From an uncultured Candidatus Saccharibacteria bacterium (GTDB taxonomy: Bacteria; Patescibacteriota; Saccharimonadia; Saccharimonadales; Saccharimonadaceae): a DNA stretch of 64,000 nt. The notes under the pieces were generated by a model, which saw only the letters and a program-made list of their open reading frames with translations, ran no database searches and was not told where the DNA came from. Of the stretch, positions 53,978 to 62,679 are shown piece by piece. The stretch's first letter is position 1, and every line of letters begins with the position of its first letter. Made by a program: the position numbers and the translations under genes. Where the stretch lies: NCBI GenBank assembly GCA_964639835.1, contig CAZXEG010000001.1, forward strand, positions 1,223 to 65,222, given 5' to 3'.

Positions 53978-54493
53978 ATGAAGAAAAGATGGCTGGTAGC
54001 TACGGCGGTACTAATGGTGCAGTTTTTGGTGGTAAATGGTGGTACGAGGGCGGAAGAAGCGGAACTTTCGGAAGAGCGGCGGAGCGCGATAGTGGATCAT
54101 TGCGAGACGATACGGGGTGATCTGAGAAATTTGCAACGGATGGATTCGCGGACGCGGGTGTATTTGGGGCGGTATTACGAGACGATTTTGACGAAATTTG
54201 TGACGCCATTAAATTTACGGTTGGTGGAGAATAACCTTTCGGATGTGAAATTGATCGAAAATCAAACTAATTTGGTGACAAAGCGGAGTGATTTTGTGGA
54301 TGATTTTACTAAATACAGTCAGACTCTCGAGGAGCTAATCGGGATAGATTGCAAGGCCGAGCCGGAGAGGTTTTATGAACGGCTGGTGGTGACGCGAGAA
54401 AGACGAGCGAAGTTGAATCGGGACGCGGAGAAAATGCGAGATTTGACGGGCGAACAAGTAACGCTGGTAAAGGAGTTAAGAGATAGATTATGA
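53978..54493 (+). CDS. Secreted helical hypothetical protein
   Basis: Signal peptide, two Cys; ATG 6 nt after TATAAT. Confidence 0.75.
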   Translation: MKKRWLVATAVLMVQFLVVNGGTRAEEAELSEERRSAIVDHCETIRGDLRNLQRMDSRTRVYLGRYYETILTKFVTPLNLRLVENNLSDVKLIENQTNLVTKRSDFVDDFTKYSQTLEELIGIDCKAEPERFYERLVVTRERRAKLNRDAEKMRDLTGEQVTLVKELRDRL

Positions 54494-54819
54494 CAAAGGG
54501 AGCGCGGAATTTGGTGATTTTGGGGGTGTCGGCGACGATTGTGGCGTTGGGACTAACGGCTACGTCTTTGGCGATCTATCATTATTCGGGGGATATTTAT
54601 CTGGATCGGTCACGGCCAGGGTATTTGCCGGATAAGGCGGAAGTGGAGAAGGAAGAAGAGACGCTAGAGGGAGCGTACAGTTTTGACAAGAGTGGAGTGG
54701 TAACTGAAGAGGCGTTGACCGAGTATCTGGAGAAGATAGAAGTGGAGGTTAGGGCGCTAGACGATTACCAGGAGCCATTTAGTGCGGAAGCTTTGAGCGA
54801 CGAGAGGCTGGGAATCTAG
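54490..54819 (+). CDS. Membrane-anchored hypothetical protein
   Basis: ATGA overlap; N-terminal TM. Confidence 0.7.
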   Translation: MTKGARNLVILGVSATIVALGLTATSLAIYHYSGDIYLDRSRPGYLPDKAEVEKEEETLEGAYSFDKSGVVTEEALTEYLEKIEVEVRALDDYQEPFSAEALSDERLGI

Positions 54820-54845
54820 CGAGTTTGTGGTATAATGGGGGTATT

Positions 54846-55676
54846 ATGAGAATTTCAAAAGCAATTATTCCGGTAGCGGGGTGGGGTACGCGGAGATTAC
54901 CAATTACGAAGGTTGTAGAAAAATCAATGCTTCCGGTGGGGAACCGGCCGCTGGTGGATTATTCGGTGCAAGAGTTGATTGATGCGGGAGTGAAGGATAT
55001 TTATATGGTGGTGTCAAATGTGGAGCCGTGCCAGGTGCGGGCGTTTTATCAAGACAATTTGGCACTGAATTTGTATCTGAAAGAGAGAGGTAAAGAGGAT
55101 AAGCTGGAAAAGGCAAAGACTTTGCCGGATGATGTGACGATTCACTACGTGGCGCAGGACCCGTCGGATAAGTATGGGACGGCGGTGCCAGTGGCGTTAG
55201 CGGTGGAAGAATTTGGGATTGACGAGCCTGTGCTGGTGTTTATGGGGGATGATTTTATCTGGAACCCGGGCGGGGAGACTTCGGCGGAAGCCTTGATTAA
55301 ATCAGTGCGAAGTGAAGACGAGTCGGCACTATTTGCGATTGATAAGCCGTATGAGGCGCTTCTCAACGGTGGGGCGCTGACGATTAAGGATGAGAGAGTG
55401 GTGAAAATTACGGAAAAGCCGAAGCCAGAGCAAATTACGGGACTAACGAGTGTGAGTAAGTATATTTTGTCGCCGAGGATGCTTGAGGAGATCGTGGAAT
55501 ATGTGCATGCGAATGATTTTGGGCCGGCAGATCAAGAATATATGATTACGGACCCGTTTGCGAGTTATATTGCAAAGGGCGGGGTGATGCGAGTAGCAAG
55601 AACTGATGGCGAATATCTAGATGGTGGCACGGTAGAGGGGTGGGTGCACGCAAACGTGGTGGTGGCGGGTAGCTAA
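54846..55676 (+). CDS. galU: UTP--glucose-1-phosphate uridylyltransferase-like nucleotidyltransferase
   Basis: AIIPVAGWGTRRLPITK..KSMLPV, YGTAVPV, FMGDD, EKPKPE. Confidence 0.75.
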   Translation: MRISKAIIPVAGWGTRRLPITKVVEKSMLPVGNRPLVDYSVQELIDAGVKDIYMVVSNVEPCQVRAFYQDNLALNLYLKERGKEDKLEKAKTLPDDVTIHYVAQDPSDKYGTAVPVALAVEEFGIDEPVLVFMGDDFIWNPGGETSAEALIKSVRSEDESALFAIDKPYEALLNGGALTIKDERVVKITEKPKPEQITGLTSVSKYILSPRMLEEIVEYVHANDFGPADQEYMITDPFASYIAKGGVMRVARTDGEYLDGGTVEGWVHANVVVAGS

Positions 55677-55690
55677 GAAAGTGCCGAAAA

Positions 55691-55717
55691 TTAGCACTCG
55701 GGGGTTGAAAGTGCTAA
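55691..55717 (+). promoter_or_regulatory. CIRCE operator at the clpC-clpP promoter
   Basis: TTAGCACTC-N9-AAGTGCTAA (1 mismatch) overlapping TTGAAA -35; TATAAT at 55728. Confidence 0.88.
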
Positions 55718-55742
55718 TTACTTGTGATATAATAGGGGTAGT

Positions 55743-58232
55743 ATGCAAGAAGAATTTAGTGAAATAATGAACCATCTGTCGGAAAATGCGCGTTTTGCGC
55801 TTCAGAAGGCAGATTATTACAGTAAACGTTATAATAACGGTTATATGGGGACGGAACATTTGCTCCTAGGGGTGATGGCAATGGATACTTCGACAGGGGC
55901 AAAAATGATCCGGGATGAGGGGGCGACGCTTGAGGAGATTGAGAAGGCGCTTAATAAAGTAGCGGTAGAGGTTCCGGGGTCGGATATGGCGATGATGTCG
56001 CTGTCGGAGTCGGTGATTTTGACGCTTCGGATGGCACAGAATTACGTGAACGAAGAGGGGCTTAGCGTAATCGGGACGGAGCATATATTATATGCATTGC
56101 TTTCCCAACCGAATTCGCGGGCGTCGTTGATACTGATGGGGCTTAATGTTGACACTGAGAAAGTGTTGGATTTGATTGAAGATTTGGTGGAGGAGCAGAC
56201 GAAAGACGAGAAAGCCAAGGCAGAGAAAGCTAAGTATGTGAAAAACCCAGGGCTGAAGTTTTTGGCAAGGTATGGGAAGGATTTGACGGAAGAGGCTAAG
56301 AGTGGCAAACTAGACACGGTGATTGGGCGAGAGCAAGAGATTGAGCGAGTGGTGACGGTTTTGTCACGACGGACGAAGTCGAATCCGGTGTTGATCGGCG
56401 AGGCGGGGGTCGGAAAGACGGCAATTGTGGAGGGGCTGGCGACGCGGATGGTGAAGAACGAAGTGCCGGGGGCTTTAATTGGCAAGCATATTTGGCAGGT
56501 AGATCTTTCGGGTCTAGTGGCAGGGACGAAGTTTCGGGGTGAATTTGAGGAGAGGCTGAAGGGGATAATCGATGAAGCGACGGGGGACGAGTCGATACTG
56601 CTGTTTATTGACGAGCTACACCTTTTGTGTGGGGCTGGATCGGGTGAGGGGACGATGGACGCGGCAAATATTTTGAAGCCGGCGCTAGCGCGGGGACAGC
56701 TGAATTTGATTGGCGCGACGACCTTGGATGAATATCGGAAGTCGATTGAAAAAGACAAGGCGTTGTCGCGGCGGTTCCAGACGGTGATGGTGGAGGAGCC
56801 GTCAAATACGGTGACACTGAGAATATTGAAGGGAGTGAAGAAGTATTACGAAAATCACCATGGCGTAGTGATACCGGATGAGGTGATAGAAACCGCAATT
56901 GTAATGGCGCAGAGGTATATTAATGATAGGTTTATGCCAGATAAGGTGATTGATATTATTGACGAGGCAGCAGCGATTTGTAAGGTGGCGGCGGACAAGA
57001 AGGGTGGGTCGAAGTATAAAAAGATGAAAATTGAAGCGGCAGGGTTGGAGGAAAAAATTGAGACGGCGGCGGAAGCAGAAGATTATGAAAAAGCCGCAGA
57101 GTACAAAACTGAGCTGGCCAGACTGGAAAAGGAGATTAAGAAGTTAGAAAAAGCGGGGGCAAAGAAAGAGGCTAAGGCGCCGGTTCTCTCGGAGGAGAAT
57201 TTAGCGAGGGCGGTGTCACTGAAGACCGGTATTCCGGTATCGAAAGTGCATGGTTCGGAAATGAAGATGCTGATGGAGCTTGAGTCGCACATCAAAGAGT
57301 CGATCGTAGGGCAAGATGAGGCGGTGTCGGCGGTGGCAAAGGCGATCCGGCGAGGGCGGAGCGGAATTGCGGATCCGAGAAGGCCGATTGGTTCGTTTAT
57401 CTTTATGGGGCCAACTGGCGTAGGGAAAACGGAGCTTGCGCGTGTAATAGCAAGAGAAGTATTTGGTGGCGAAAATGCCTTGATCAAAATCGACATGAGT
57501 GAGTTTGGCGAGAAACACAATGTTTCGCGACTAGTGGGGGCGCCGGCGGGCTACATTGGCTATGACGACGGCGGGAAGCTAACTGAGGCGGTGCGAAGGC
57601 GGCCGTATTCGGTGGTGTTGTTTGACGAAATCGAGAAGGCGCACCCGGATGTGTTTAATTTGTTACTACAAATCTTGGAAGATGGGGTGCTGACGGATGG
57701 GCAAGGTAATAAAATTAAGTTTAATAACACGATTGTGATTTTGACTTCGAACCTCGGTTCGGCGGAAATGTACCGCGAATCGGAATTAGGCTTTACTGCG
57801 AAAACCGCAAAAGACAAGAAGGCACTTCTTGAAGAGTACGAGGAGAATAAATCGTATGCGATGAAAGCGCTCAAGAAGGCAATGCGACCGGAGCTGATTA
57901 ATCGGCTAGATTCAGTGCTGGTGTTCCACGCTTTGACGCGGAAGAATATTGAGCGGATATTTGACAACCTGATTAACGATTTGAAGAAGCGATTGGCGAC
58001 GAAGGGTATAGGGCTAAAAATTGATGATAAGGCCAAAGATTATTTGATCGAGAAAGGTTATGATTCGAAGAACGGGGCACGACCGATGCGAAGATTAATT
58101 GAGGATGAGGTAGAATCGCTACTTTCGGAAGGGATTATTTCGGGTGAATTTGTAAAGGGCGATATTCCAGAAGTAAAACTTGTGGGTGGTAAGTTAAAAT
58201 TATTAAGAGAACCAGTAAGAAAGGAGAAATAA
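55743..58232 (+). CDS. clpC: ATP-dependent Clp protease ATPase subunit
   Basis: ClpN repeats, GEAGVGKT, GATTLDEYR, UVR-like middle domain, GPTGVGKT, LFDEIEKAHPDV. Confidence 0.93.
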   Translation: MQEEFSEIMNHLSENARFALQKADYYSKRYNNGYMGTEHLLLGVMAMDTSTGAKMIRDEGATLEEIEKALNKVAVEVPGSDMAMMSLSESVILTLRMAQNYVNEEGLSVIGTEHILYALLSQPNSRASLILMGLNVDTEKVLDLIEDLVEEQTKDEKAKAEKAKYVKNPGLKFLARYGKDLTEEAKSGKLDTVIGREQEIERVVTVLSRRTKSNPVLIGEAGVGKTAIVEGLATRMVKNEVPGALIGKHIWQVDLSGLVAGTKFRGEFEERLKGIIDEATGDESILLFIDELHLLCGAGSGEGTMDAANILKPALARGQLNLIGATTLDEYRKSIEKDKALSRRFQTVMVEEPSNTVTLRILKGVKKYYENHHGVVIPDEVIETAIVMAQRYINDRFMPDKVIDIIDEAAAICKVAADKKGGSKYKKMKIEAAGLEEKIETAAEAEDYEKAAEYKTELARLEKEIKKLEKAGAKKEAKAPVLSEENLARAVSLKTGIPVSKVHGSEMKMLMELESHIKESIVGQDEAVSAVAKAIRRGRSGIADPRRPIGSFIFMGPTGVGKTELARVIAREVFGGENALIKIDMSEFGEKHNVSRLVGAPAGYIGYDDGGKLTEAVRRRPYSVVLFDEIEKAHPDVFNLLLQILEDGVLTDGQGNKIKFNNTIVILTSNLGSAEMYRESELGFTAKTAKDKKALLEEYEENKSYAMKALKKAMRPELINRLDSVLVFHALTRKNIERIFDNLINDLKKRLATKGIGLKIDDKAKDYLIEKGYDSKNGARPMRRLIEDEVESLLSEGIISGEFVKGDIPEVKLVGGKLKLLREPVRKEK

Positions 58233-58814
58233 ATGAAAAATTATTTAGTACCAACGGTAGTAGAAGAAACTAACCGCGGGGAGAGGGCGTATGATATTTA
58301 TTCGCGCCTTTTGAACGACCGGATTGTGTTTTTGGGGGAAGATGTGAATGCACATACAGCGAATTTGGTGGTGGCGCAGCTTTTGTATTTGGCGCATGAA
58401 GATCCGAAGAGACCGATTAAACTGTATATTAATTCGCCTGGTGGGTCGGTGTATGACGGGCTAGCGATTATTGACACGATGAACTACATCGAGCCGGATG
58501 TGGAGACGATTGGGATTGGGCTTCAGGCTTCGATGGGGGCAATGCTTTTGTCGTCGGGGGCGAAGGGCAAGCGGTATTGCTTGCCGAACGCGCGGGTGAT
58601 GATTCATCAGCCTTCGTCTGGTACGGAAGGCAAGATTACCGACCAGGAGATCATGCTGAAGGAAGGCATATTCCTTAAGAAACGGCTGGCAGAGATTTTT
58701 GCCAAGAATACCGGGAAATCATTGGCGACGGTCGAGAAAGACATGGACCGGGATAATTGGATGAGCGCTGAGGAAGCACTTGAATATGGTATTATAGACA
58801 AAATTATAGCTTAA
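58233..58814 (+). CDS. clpP: Clp protease proteolytic subunit
   Basis: [36 protein letters not shown]. Confidence 0.97.
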   Translation: MKNYLVPTVVEETNRGERAYDIYSRLLNDRIVFLGEDVNAHTANLVVAQLLYLAHEDPKRPIKLYINSPGGSVYDGLAIIDTMNYIEPDVETIGIGLQASMGAMLLSSGAKGKRYCLPNARVMIHQPSSGTEGKITDQEIMLKEGIFLKKRLAEIFAKNTGKSLATVEKDMDRDNWMSAEEALEYGIIDKIIA

Positions 58815-58893
58815 ACTTTCTTTTTAAAGAAAGTTCGGCAAAGAAATGATGAAAATTGAAATGGAAATGAATTCCATTTCAATTTTTGTTGTA
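58814..58893 (+). repeat. Two-hairpin repeat family A, copy 4 (most diverged)
   Basis: AACTTTCTT/AAGAAAGTT, CGGCAAAGAAATGATG, AAAATTGAAATGGAA-atgaa-TTCCATTTCAATTTT, TGTTGTA. Confidence 0.7.
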
Positions 58894-58903
58894 TAATGAT
58901 AGT

Positions 58904-60055
58904 ATGGGTAAGAAAAAAAATATTATAATTGTGGGGATAATCGGGGTTTTGATAGTTGTGGCGGTCGCGGGGGTGATGCTGGGGCTTAGAAACACGGTGG
59001 GGGAGTTGAAGACGGAGATTAGTCGGAGTCCGGTGGATGCGATACTGGCTAGCGCGAACGTCGAAGACGAAACAGTAGTGACGGTGCCGATTTTGTATTA
59101 TGACCAGACGATGGATGAGTGTGTGAATTTATATGATGCTGGCTTGGCGGACACACTTTCTTTGCGACAGTTTGAGTGGGCGAGCTGTGGATATTATAAT
59201 AGCATGCTTGAGCAGGGCATGGTCGAAGTAAGATTGGGCGAAGATTATTTGCCAGTGGCGACTGGCGGGCAAATGTTGCCGAATCGAGGGGTGAAGGCGG
59301 ATAATTTTGCGCGGTGGTTTAGTAGCGTGGAGGGTAAGAGCCAAGTCTATGGTGGTAACCTAAGCTTGCGTTACAATGCTAGCACGGCGAGTTTTTCGTA
59401 CGAGAGTGAGAATTTTTATCCGTTAAATGGTCTTGCGGTACCGGATGAACCGGTGAATAAGGATGGAAATAACCATTTGTTTACGCTAAACTTGGGCGTG
59501 CCGGTGCAGATCATCGCGGATGGAAATGAAGTGTTTAGCGTGACGGCAGACGATGACACTTGGGTGTACGTGGGAGATAAGCTGGTGCTTGATATGGGTG
59601 GCGTGCATGAAGCGATGGTTGGTCGGTTTAAGGTGATGAATGGTGGCGAAATTTACACGGCGCTCGGTGAAGAAGATTTGGCATATTCTGGTGTGACGGC
59701 GGAAGCAAATACCGGCGCGATTGTGCGGATATTCCATGCGGATCGTAACAGTGAGAGTTCGGTGTTTCGGGTGAGTTTTTCGAACATGCTACTAAACGTG
59801 ACGGATGATGTAACTTTGGCGCGGGGAGCGGGTGCAGAGACCGTGGATGGTGCAACGGTGGCGTATAACCCAGAAGATCCGGGATACGCGGCGCCACTAG
59901 GCGAGAGTTTGACTTACCAGCCAAATCGGAGCAAAGTAGTGTTGGCTTCGGCGATTGTGCAGGCGCTAGTTTTGGGGGTGTTGTCGGTAATATTGATTGC
60001 TGCTATTTCCGCGGCGTGGAGATATGGGCGGCGCGACCATAGTCAGGAAGAATAA
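58904..60055 (+). CDS. Fibro-slime / PA14-like surface protein
   Basis: NHLFTLNL..FSVTADDDTWVYVGDKLVLDMGGVH; TM at both ends; start at MGKKK. Confidence 0.72.
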   Translation: MGKKKNIIIVGIIGVLIVVAVAGVMLGLRNTVGELKTEISRSPVDAILASANVEDETVVTVPILYYDQTMDECVNLYDAGLADTLSLRQFEWASCGYYNSMLEQGMVEVRLGEDYLPVATGGQMLPNRGVKADNFARWFSSVEGKSQVYGGNLSLRYNASTASFSYESENFYPLNGLAVPDEPVNKDGNNHLFTLNLGVPVQIIADGNEVFSVTADDDTWVYVGDKLVLDMGGVHEAMVGRFKVMNGGEIYTALGEEDLAYSGVTAEANTGAIVRIFHADRNSESSVFRVSFSNMLLNVTDDVTLARGAGAETVDGATVAYNPEDPGYAAPLGESLTYQPNRSKVVLASAIVQALVLGVLSVILIAAISAAWRYGRRDHSQEE

Positions 60056-60335
60056 GCGGAAGTTGATTGCCGTAGTGATCGTAGAGCGGGATATTTAGCT
60101 CGTGCGCTAAGGTATTGACGACAGTGGCACCGATGCGAAGCCCGGTAAATGAACCAGGGCCGGACATGAAGGTGATTTCGGTGAGGTCGTGAAAAGTATG
60201 GCCGGTGATGGCGAGCTTGTCTTTGATGAAGCCGAGGAGGCCTTCGGCTAAGTCGCGACCGGATTCCCATTGGTACTTAGCGTCGTCTAAGCGGAGGATG
60301 GTGGTAGGAGTGCTGGTGTCTAGATACATTTTCAT
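60003..60335 (-). CDS. tsaB: Half-length TsaB (t6A biosynthesis)
   Basis: YLDTST, GPGSFTGLRIGATVVNTLAHELNIPLY; adjacent to tsaE. Confidence 0.82.
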   Translation of the reverse strand: MKMYLDTSTPTTILRLDDAKYQWESGRDLAEGLLGFIKDKLAITGHTFHDLTEITFMSGPGSFTGLRIGATVVNTLAHELNIPLYDHYGNQLPLILPDYGRAAHISTPRK

Positions 60336-60769
60336 AGAAAAGTAACCTCGCGAGAATTGTCATCGGTGTAGGTGATTTTGACGATGTGATGAGGGTCGGG
60401 GAGAAAATCTTGGACGGAAGCGCCCCATTCGACTACGATAATGTTGAATGGCGCGAGATGCTCGGCGAGGTCGTCGACCATGATGCCGGGATCGTTTAGG
60501 CGATAGAAATCATAGTGGGTGAGGGTGCATGGGGTGCCTGCCTCGTCTTTTACGGCGTAAGTTTTGGAAATGGTGAAACTGGGGCTAGTGACTGTGTCGG
60601 TGACGCGGAGGGCAGTGGCGAGACCACGGGTAAAAGTGGTTTTGCCGGCGCCGACATCGCCTAAAAGTTCAATGACGATGGGGCCGTCGGCAAGATTTGC
60701 GTGGGAAAAGATTTTTTCGCCGTATTTTTTGCCGAGGGTAATGAGGTCGGCTTCGGAATTAACTTTCAT
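60332..60769 (-). CDS. tsaE: tRNA threonylcarbamoyladenosine biosynthesis ATPase
   Basis: LLGDVGAGKTTFTRG, VTSPSFTI, HYDFYRL, VVEWG. Confidence 0.92.
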   Translation of the reverse strand: MKVNSEADLITLGKKYGEKIFSHANLADGPIVIELLGDVGAGKTTFTRGLATALRVTDTVTSPSFTISKTYAVKDEAGTPCTLTHYDFYRLNDPGIMVDDLAEHLAPFNIIVVEWGASVQDFLPDPHHIVKITYTDDNSREVTFL

Positions 60770-62045
60770 GGGAGAGCCTTTCGCGGAGCCAGGTGTCGGC
60801 GGGGCCGGCGGTCATGAGGAGGACGAGGTAATTCTGGCGGGCGTAATCCTGGATGAGGCGGAAGAGTTCATCGTTTAATTCGGCTGGCTCGGCGCTGATG
60901 TGGGGTGCGAGATCGTGAATGAAATCGATGGGGTTAAGAACGGGAAGGGCTGGGTTTTCGCGGACTAAATAGGTGGGGAGCCAAAAAACGTGGTCGGTAC
61001 CGAGGAAAGCATCGTAATATTGGTCTTTGATTTGGTGCTGGCGGGTGTTTTGGTGTGGCTCGTAGATGACGACGAGGCCGGATTTCTTGGTGCGGTCGAC
61101 TTCGTCGAGGGCGGTGGCGATGGTGGCGGCGATTTCTTCGGGGTGGTGGGCGTAGTCGGTATAGATGTTGTCCGTGAGCCGTTCGAAGCGGCGACCGACG
61201 CCGGGGAAAGTATTGAGAGTGTCGATGAGTTGTTCGCGGGTGGGGGGATTTTTGAGGCCACTGGCTGAGGCGACGATTTTTTCGAGGGCGATGAGAGCGA
61301 GGCAAGCGTCAAGGCGACGTGAGGCGCCGGCGAGCGTGAAGATGGAATTGTCGAGGTCGTTAGGTAAGTCGGCGGGAGTGATGACAGTTTGGCTTTGGGA
61401 TTTGAACTGATCGAAGGCGGATTGATAGTCGGCGGGGGTGGGGTAGATGTCAGGATGGTCGTAAGAGATTGATGGAATGACGGAGAGCCAAGGGTGGAAT
61501 TTGAGGAAGTTGCGGTCGTATTCGTCGGCCTCGTAGACGAAGAACTGGTCGCCTTGGTGATAACTGCCGCTGGGGGCGAAACCTAAGGTGGTGCCGACGA
61601 CGTAGGAAACTGGGAGGCGTAACTTGGTGGCAGCGTAGATAATCATAGAAGTAGTGGTGGTTTTGCCGTGAGTGCCGGCGACGGCGACGAGCTTGAGGTT
61701 TAGACTGCTAATAAGATGGGCGGTGAAATCGTCGCGCTTGGTGACCTTGAAATCGGGATGGGTGGTAGCGTAGGTGCGGGCCATGGTTAGCTCCGGATGG
61801 GTTTCGGGTAGGGCAGAAGTGTAGACGAACCAGTTGAGTCCCTCGGCCAGCTGTTGCTTTAGAAAAACGCCGGTTTGGTCGCCGATGTGCATGGGGATGT
61901 CAGCAGCGGTGAGTTCGGAAGAAATGGCGCCGGTAGATTGATCGGAGCCGACGACTGTGTAGCCGGCTTGTTTTGCGAAAAGCGCAAGTGGCCCGAGCCC
62001 GGTGCCGGAGATGCCAGAAAAATAAACTTTTTGATCGATAACCAT
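60759..62045 (-). CDS. murC: UDP-N-acetylmuramate--L-alanine ligase-like Mur ligase
   Basis: FSGISGTGLGPLA, AVAGTHGKTTTT, EADEYD, DHPDIY, GVGRRFE, DYAHHPEEI; start at MVIDQ. Confidence 0.88.
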   Translation of the reverse strand: MVIDQKVYFSGISGTGLGPLALFAKQAGYTVVGSDQSTGAISSELTAADIPMHIGDQTGVFLKQQLAEGLNWFVYTSALPETHPELTMARTYATTHPDFKVTKRDDFTAHLISSLNLKLVAVAGTHGKTTTTSMIIYAATKLRLPVSYVVGTTLGFAPSGSYHQGDQFFVYEADEYDRNFLKFHPWLSVIPSISYDHPDIYPTPADYQSAFDQFKSQSQTVITPADLPNDLDNSIFTLAGASRRLDACLALIALEKIVASASGLKNPPTREQLIDTLNTFPGVGRRFERLTDNIYTDYAHHPEEIAATIATALDEVDRTKKSGLVVIYEPHQNTRQHQIKDQYYDAFLGTDHVFWLPTYLVRENPALPVLNPIDFIHDLAPHISAEPAELNDELFRLIQDYARQNYLVLLMTAGPADTWLRERLSHES

Positions 62046-62103
62046 ACTATATATTATATGCGATTTTGGTGAAAAAATAAATCGCTTGTGATAGAATAGA
62101 AGT

Positions 62104-62679
62104 ATGGAGCGTAATACTAAGGAAGACCCGAATAGAAAAATACTTTTTGGTGTTCTTAGCGGTTTAGCTCTGATAATCGTGGGTTTGGTCGCGGTAATTG
62201 CCATAGTAGCGAACAATAGGGATACTGAAAATAACCAAAACAAGAGAGATGACGAGTCAAAATATTTGAGTGGAGTAGAGTTGGGCAATACTAATGAAGA
62301 GATAATAGCGGCTAATTGCTTAGCGAATGAAGATATTTACGAGGTTTCTTCATGTATAGAGAATGACGACGACGAATTCGTTACCGAAGAGTCTTGGGAT
62401 GTGGATGCAGTATACAAAGAGGCAGTGGAGATTTTAGAAAAAGGCGAAAATTACACTGAAGCAATACAATTGATATCTTATCAAGCGATTGAATTAGCTG
62501 TCGATGGAGATTGTGCGGGGGCATTGACGATTTTCGAAAATACAGATTTGACTAAATATAGCGAACTTTTGAAAGCAGTTTTTTATGGTAATGCGATTGG
62601 CGTGAGTAATCTTTGTCAAGATACAGTTTCGGCAGAAAAATGGACGGAGAAAAGAGATGAAGCGATGGACAATGAGTAA
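62104..62679 (+). CDS. Membrane-anchored acidic hypothetical protein
   Basis: Single TM; Cys pairs; AT-rich. Confidence 0.7.
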   Translation: MERNTKEDPNRKILFGVLSGLALIIVGLVAVIAIVANNRDTENNQNKRDDESKYLSGVELGNTNEEIIAANCLANEDIYEVSSCIENDDDEFVTEESWDVDAVYKEAVEILEKGENYTEAIQLISYQAIELAVDGDCAGALTIFENTDLTKYSELLKAVFYGNAIGVSNLCQDTVSAEKWTEKRDEAMDNE

